Source of the DNA: an uncultured Verrucomicrobiae bacterium
GTDB taxonomy: Bacteria; Chlamydiota; Chlamydiia; Chlamydiales; Rhabdochlamydiaceae
Direction: 5' to 3'
DNA: 64,000 nt
Assembly: GCA_963818965.1 (NCBI GenBank)
Contig: CAWFUG010000009.1
Span: 416,001 to 480,000, forward strand
In this document: piece by piece, positions 59,638-64,000 of the stretch
Numbering within the stretch: position 1 is the stretch's first letter
Layout: each line of letters begins with the position of its first letter
Notes under the pieces: model-generated
The model's input: only the letters and a program-made list of their open reading frames with translations
What the model was told of the DNA's origin: nothing
The model's database searches: none
Program-made: the position numbers and the translations under genes

Positions 59638-59991
59638 GTGAAAATTGTGTCTGAAAAAGATCGTCATCTTCTAGTTCCTCTAAGTGTATTTCTCAGACGA
59701 GTCATCTTAAATTTTGTCCTCGGTGCTTTCATTATTTTATGTTCTCTGGGTCTGGGGATGGCAGGATATATTTATTTCGAAAAAATGAGCTTCGTGGATG
59801 CCTACCAAAATGCCGCAATGATTTTATCAGGCATGGGTCCAGTAGACACGATCAAGACGGTCCATGGAAAAATATTTGCCGGAACCTATGCACTCTTTAG
59901 TGGAGTCGTTTTCCTTGTAGTCATCGCGATTGTTTTTGCGCCCATTTTCCATCGTTTTTTTCATAATTTTTTGATTAAAGACCCTAAATAA
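59638..59991 (+). CDS. Small two-TM ion-channel-like membrane protein
   Basis: GMAGY...E.MSFVDA..NAAMILSGMGP...GKIFAG.YAL pore-loop-like pattern. Confidence 0.7.
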   Translation: MKIVSEKDRHLLVPLSVFLRRVILNFVLGAFIILCSLGLGMAGYIYFEKMSFVDAYQNAAMILSGMGPVDTIKTVHGKIFAGTYALFSGVVFLVVIAIVFAPIFHRFFHNFLIKDPK

Positions 59992-60070
59992 AAGAGCGAG
60001 AGCTTATCAAGCGGCCCTGCGGCCAACTTTTGAGTCCACTTGGGTATAAGTTTCAATTGGAGAGGAGCAA

Positions 60071-60622
60071 ATGAGTTTTCAACAAGAAGCGTTGATCATT
60101 GTCGATATGCAAAAAGATGTTTTAAAAAAAATGGTGAAAAGCGGGGTTGATATAGTGCCTGAAGTTAAAGCGGTGCTAGATATTTCCCGAAAAAAAAACA
60201 TGCCTATCATTTACCTTCTGAGAGTGCATCGAAAAAATGGGACGGATGTAGAGCGTTTTCGCTGTAATCTTTTCAAAGAGAGCCCCTTTTTGGTTGAGGG
60301 AACAAGTGGAGCGGAAATCGTAGAAGAGCTCAAACCTCTGCCTTCTGAGTATCTCGTAAACAAAAAGCGTTTCAGCGGTTTTTTCCAAAGTGATCTGTTG
60401 ATGATTCTAATGAGACTTAAGGTGACTTCATTGGTTATCTGTGGAGTTCAGACCCCCAATTGTATTCGAGCCACTGTAACCGATGCCCTTGCCTATGATT
60501 TCGATGTCACTATTTTAGAAGATGCTACAGCTGCTCAAACTTCTGAGGTTCATGTGGCTAATTTGTTTGATATGCGTAACATGGGCGCTTGTGTAAAAAC
60601 GGTGCAGGAGTTTTTTTCGTAA
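60071..60622 (+). CDS. Isochorismatase-family cysteine hydrolase
   Basis: ALIIVDMQKD, KKRFSGF, GVQTPNCIRAT. Confidence 0.9.
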   Translation: MSFQQEALIIVDMQKDVLKKMVKSGVDIVPEVKAVLDISRKKNMPIIYLLRVHRKNGTDVERFRCNLFKESPFLVEGTSGAEIVEELKPLPSEYLVNKKRFSGFFQSDLLMILMRLKVTSLVICGVQTPNCIRATVTDALAYDFDVTILEDATAAQTSEVHVANLFDMRNMGACVKTVQEFFS

Positions 60623-60719
60623 GGGAAAGATTCCCTACCCACTTGAAGCCTGCCTTGCAGAGGATAAGAACCCGACAGTCGACCGAAATTTTTTATCGGG
60701 ATAGGTTCAACGACAGGCC

Positions 60720-63700
60720 CTAAAAAGAATACCCGATTTTTCCGTAGAATTGATTGGAACTGTAACCGCTGCCAAATTCTCCGTCATAGCTAATGGATCC
60801 GTAACCGTTCCAGTTTGCTTGCCAAAAAAGTTCTACGCCAGGAGAAATGAGACTTTGCTGGGCGGTAAAGGCCTCGACAATCAAGGAGGAGGGGGCGCTG
60901 ACAATCGCCGCATTGAGATATCCTACGTGATGAGGCTTTTTGTAGACGTAGCTCAACTTTGCTTGTGCGATAAAAACTCCCCAACTGCAAGTCGTCGTAT
61001 GATATCCATTGAGGCCTGTTTCCAGTCGCAACATCCATGAAGTTCTAGAAGAGATCCTCATATTATAAGGAGCGGCTCCTTTTTCTGAATAGCTAGGGTC
61101 CCATTCAAAGACCCAGTCGAGTAAACCGAAGGGTTCGATCGTTCCGCTATTTATATTAAAATCGTACCCCATACCAAAATGGAGATCGATTTGTTCTGCA
61201 TGGAAGGAACTTTTCGCAGTCTCTTTAAATCCTGGAAAGGAGATGATCCGCTTTTGATCGACGCTCATGTATTCGCCCCAAATGGCAGCGTCGATGAAGA
61301 AATCGGAAAAACACCTCATTCCGTAGATGCTGAGGTAACCTGCGTTTAGGTGGCTATTTCCCATAGATTGATGTTCATGAATCGATGAATGTGCGTACCC
61401 CGCAAGGGCACCGATGCATCCCTGATCGGTATTGCCGTAATCATAGGCCAAAAAGACGCCGCCGCTGTTGAAATCAAAGCCGGGCGTTTGATCTTGAGCG
61501 TTTTGACTGCTAAATTGGCCAAAACCCATTCCCCAAATTTGAGAATTGGTGTTTTTTGGCGGAGTGTCCATCGTTTTACGAGGGGAACGATTGAAGGCTA
61601 GAAGTCCATTGTCCGCAAAGCTGCCCCTCTGGAAATCAAAGTCGGTATGATCTTGGCCAAAGTTCACCGCCAAAACCTGAGAATTTGTGTCTTTTGGCAG
61701 AGCATGGGTCGTGGTACGAGAAGAGGAGTTGGCTGCTAAAAATCCATTGTCTGTTACGAAGGCTGTTTTCTTTGTCTGACCCTTTTTGCTGTGATTGTGA
61801 GCCAAGCGTCTTTTGGTAAAATGAGAATCGAGCGATTCGGAAAACATGAACATGACATTTTGCGAGACAAATGTGGAAATCGAGTTTCTTGAGGGGCTAA
61901 TCGCTTTAAGAGCCTTTTGATACTGAGGAGAAGAAAGGTCGTTTAAAAGATCAAATTGATCGGTCAATCCCAAGGAATCGGCATCGGGGGCTAAACGATT
62001 GAGGTACTTAGCCACTTTTAAGTTATTACCGCGAAGGCCTTGTGTAGAAAGAGTGGGATTAGGAGGAGGGGGAGGCGGATAGCTTAAAAAGTCAAATTGC
62101 ACAAAGGTAGGAGCTCCGATCGGTAGATAAGAGAGCGAATAACTATTCGGGATAGTTCCCGTAAGCTCTACGGAATCAAAGGTACCTGTAATGCCAGCTG
62201 AAGTGAGAACGGTATAAGTTCCAGGCGTAGCGTTTGAATCTATCTCGATCTGCAAGATCCCAGCTAACGACGCGGCTCCAGTTACAGAGACTGAGGATGT
62301 GCCATTGGAACCGATTTCGATATGGACAAGGCTGCCGAGGGTGTTGTTAATGGGATCTGCTGAACTTAGAGTCAAACTGCCAAGGGTGAGCGTTCCTCCG
62401 GTGTCTGGCGAGATCGTTCCAGAATTGACAAAGACATTTCCGGTCAAGGTCCCTATCCCGCTCAACGTCCCTCTTTGCGCGCTAAGGCCGATATTTCTAC
62501 AGACGAAAATGGGTGCTTCATCGATCTGTCCATTCACTTTGAAATTCGCGTTATTGATGGTGACACTCCCTTGATAATCCGTCGTTCCGTTGTAAACCAC
62601 CGTTCCATTTCCCGTGACAAAGACACTTGTTCCAGTTCCCCCGAAAACGGTATCATCTGTAAATGAGACTTGGTCGCCGAGCGTCAAAAGATCACCTGCA
62701 TCTTCTGCTATAAGGGTAAGAGCAGAACCTGTGCGCAGAAAAATACTATTTCCCCATGCAGATCCATCAGTGCCATTCGCTCCCCCTGGGCCGCCTGTTC
62801 CAGCAGTTCCCGCTTGTGTCGTCGTGTTGGATGTATTGAAGAGGGTGGGAATCCCCGGCAGTGCCTGTAGGGTGAAATTCAAACCGGTATCCACAAAGAT
62901 AGCTCCTCCGAGACCGCTTCCGCCCCCGCCACCACCACCTGCCAAAGCCTGATCCAAAGCTATTGGCGCCCAGCTCCTCCAGATCCTCCTCCGAGGCTTC
63001 CGGTATCAGATCCACCCGAGGCATTGGGGCCATTAGAAGGCCCACCGCCACCACCTCCGCCGCCGCCTAGAGAATTTCCCCCGTCGCAGGCGTCAGACCC
63101 GATTGGTTGACTCCTCCGCCCCCGCCTCCACCGCCTACTCCTCCCGATCCTCCTTGCACGGTATAAGCAGTATCAGAAGCGCCTGTACCTGCACCGCCAC
63201 CACCACCACCGCCATAGCCACCGCTTCCCGCTTGTCCGTCTACTCCATTTGTACGATTGGTGATTACCAACGCCGCCGCCTCCACCACCACCGCCATCTC
63301 CTCCATTGCCTCCAGAAGGGACAGCGCTAGCCTCCGGGTGCTATTGAACCTTCAGCCTGTAGTCCCATTTGATCCCAGAGCTTCCACCGCCACCGCCTCC
63401 AGCAAAGTCCCATTTCTGTTATAGCGCCGCCGCCTCCACCGCCTCCCAAATTTTCTCCTCCATCGTTACCTCCTCCACCGAAACCAGCGCTAATGGCGGG
63501 ACCATAACCATTTCCATCCGGTCCCGGGCTCATGGTCTGCGCCTCCAGTTCCTAGATTTGAGGGCGTTCCTAAGGTGGCGCGAGATCCCCGACCTCCGCC
63601 TCCGCCGCCTCCGCCACCGAGCGGTTCGTCGGTCGAAGCAGTGACATCTCCACCATCTCCTCCAAAACCTCCTCCTCCGCCGCCGCCGGTGCTCCCAGTG

Positions 63701-64000
63701 GTCGTAATAGAACCCCCATTTCCGCTAAAACCGCCTCCACCACCGCCGCCTTCATCGCCTGTAGGGGAAGAGACGCCGAAATAACTTCCCCCATCTCCAC
63801 CGACAGCAGAGCAGTCATTGATCGATACATTCATCAAAGTGATAGAAGGATATGAGCCGTTTAAAAAAGTTTGAGGCGCATAAATAGCGCCTCCAGCGCC
63901 CATCCCCCCGCCGCCGCCTGAATTGCCGTCTCCTCCATCGCCTCCTTTTGCGGTCAGGTTTTGAAAGGTCATGTTTTGGATGATCACATTCCCCATCGGG
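60720..64000 (-). CDS. Autotransporter with Gly-rich passenger (5' end outside window); about 7-8 frameshifts in 62940-63530
   Basis: Intact C-terminal barrel ending GKIGYSF; GGAIF/GGAIY motifs; Gly-rich fragments alternate between frames. Confidence 0.8.

Noticed and set aside
63575..63784. Poly-Pro plus-strand ORFs
   Set aside because: Antisense shadow of the poly-Gly autotransporter passenger.

Overview
64 kb of a bacterial chromosome, most likely an environmental member of the Chlamydiae. The basis is pyrG-ruvX-mlaEFD adjacency, PPi-dependent PFK, a MOMP-like porin, a Gly-rich autotransporter, and F-box/LRR effector-like genes with AT-rich upstream regions. Housekeeping genes alternate with accessory or effector-like genes, two IS elements and at least four families of short palindromic repeats. 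The most notable points are: (1) An IS110 element sits exactly inside a REP-like genomic repeat at a GAG core. Its left non-coding end holds two parallel 7-nt motifs matching the target flank and the donor end, which fits a candidate bridge RNA programmed against this genome's own repeat. (2) An operon of five paralogous membrane-anchored or exported kinase-like proteins. (3) Several normally cytosolic nucleotide/amino-acid enzymes (Ndk, Udk, Nudix, HD hydrolase, kynureninase) carry signal-peptide-like N-termini. (4) A Ser/Thr-repeat NADAR fusion and an LRR protein with a possible His-Asn-Cys protease domain. (5) A palindromic repeat is read in frame inside a methyltransferase gene. Several single-base frameshifts in accessory genes may be assembly errors. 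No rRNA, tRNA or CRISPR array was seen. All family calls come from reading motifs by eye, not from database searches.
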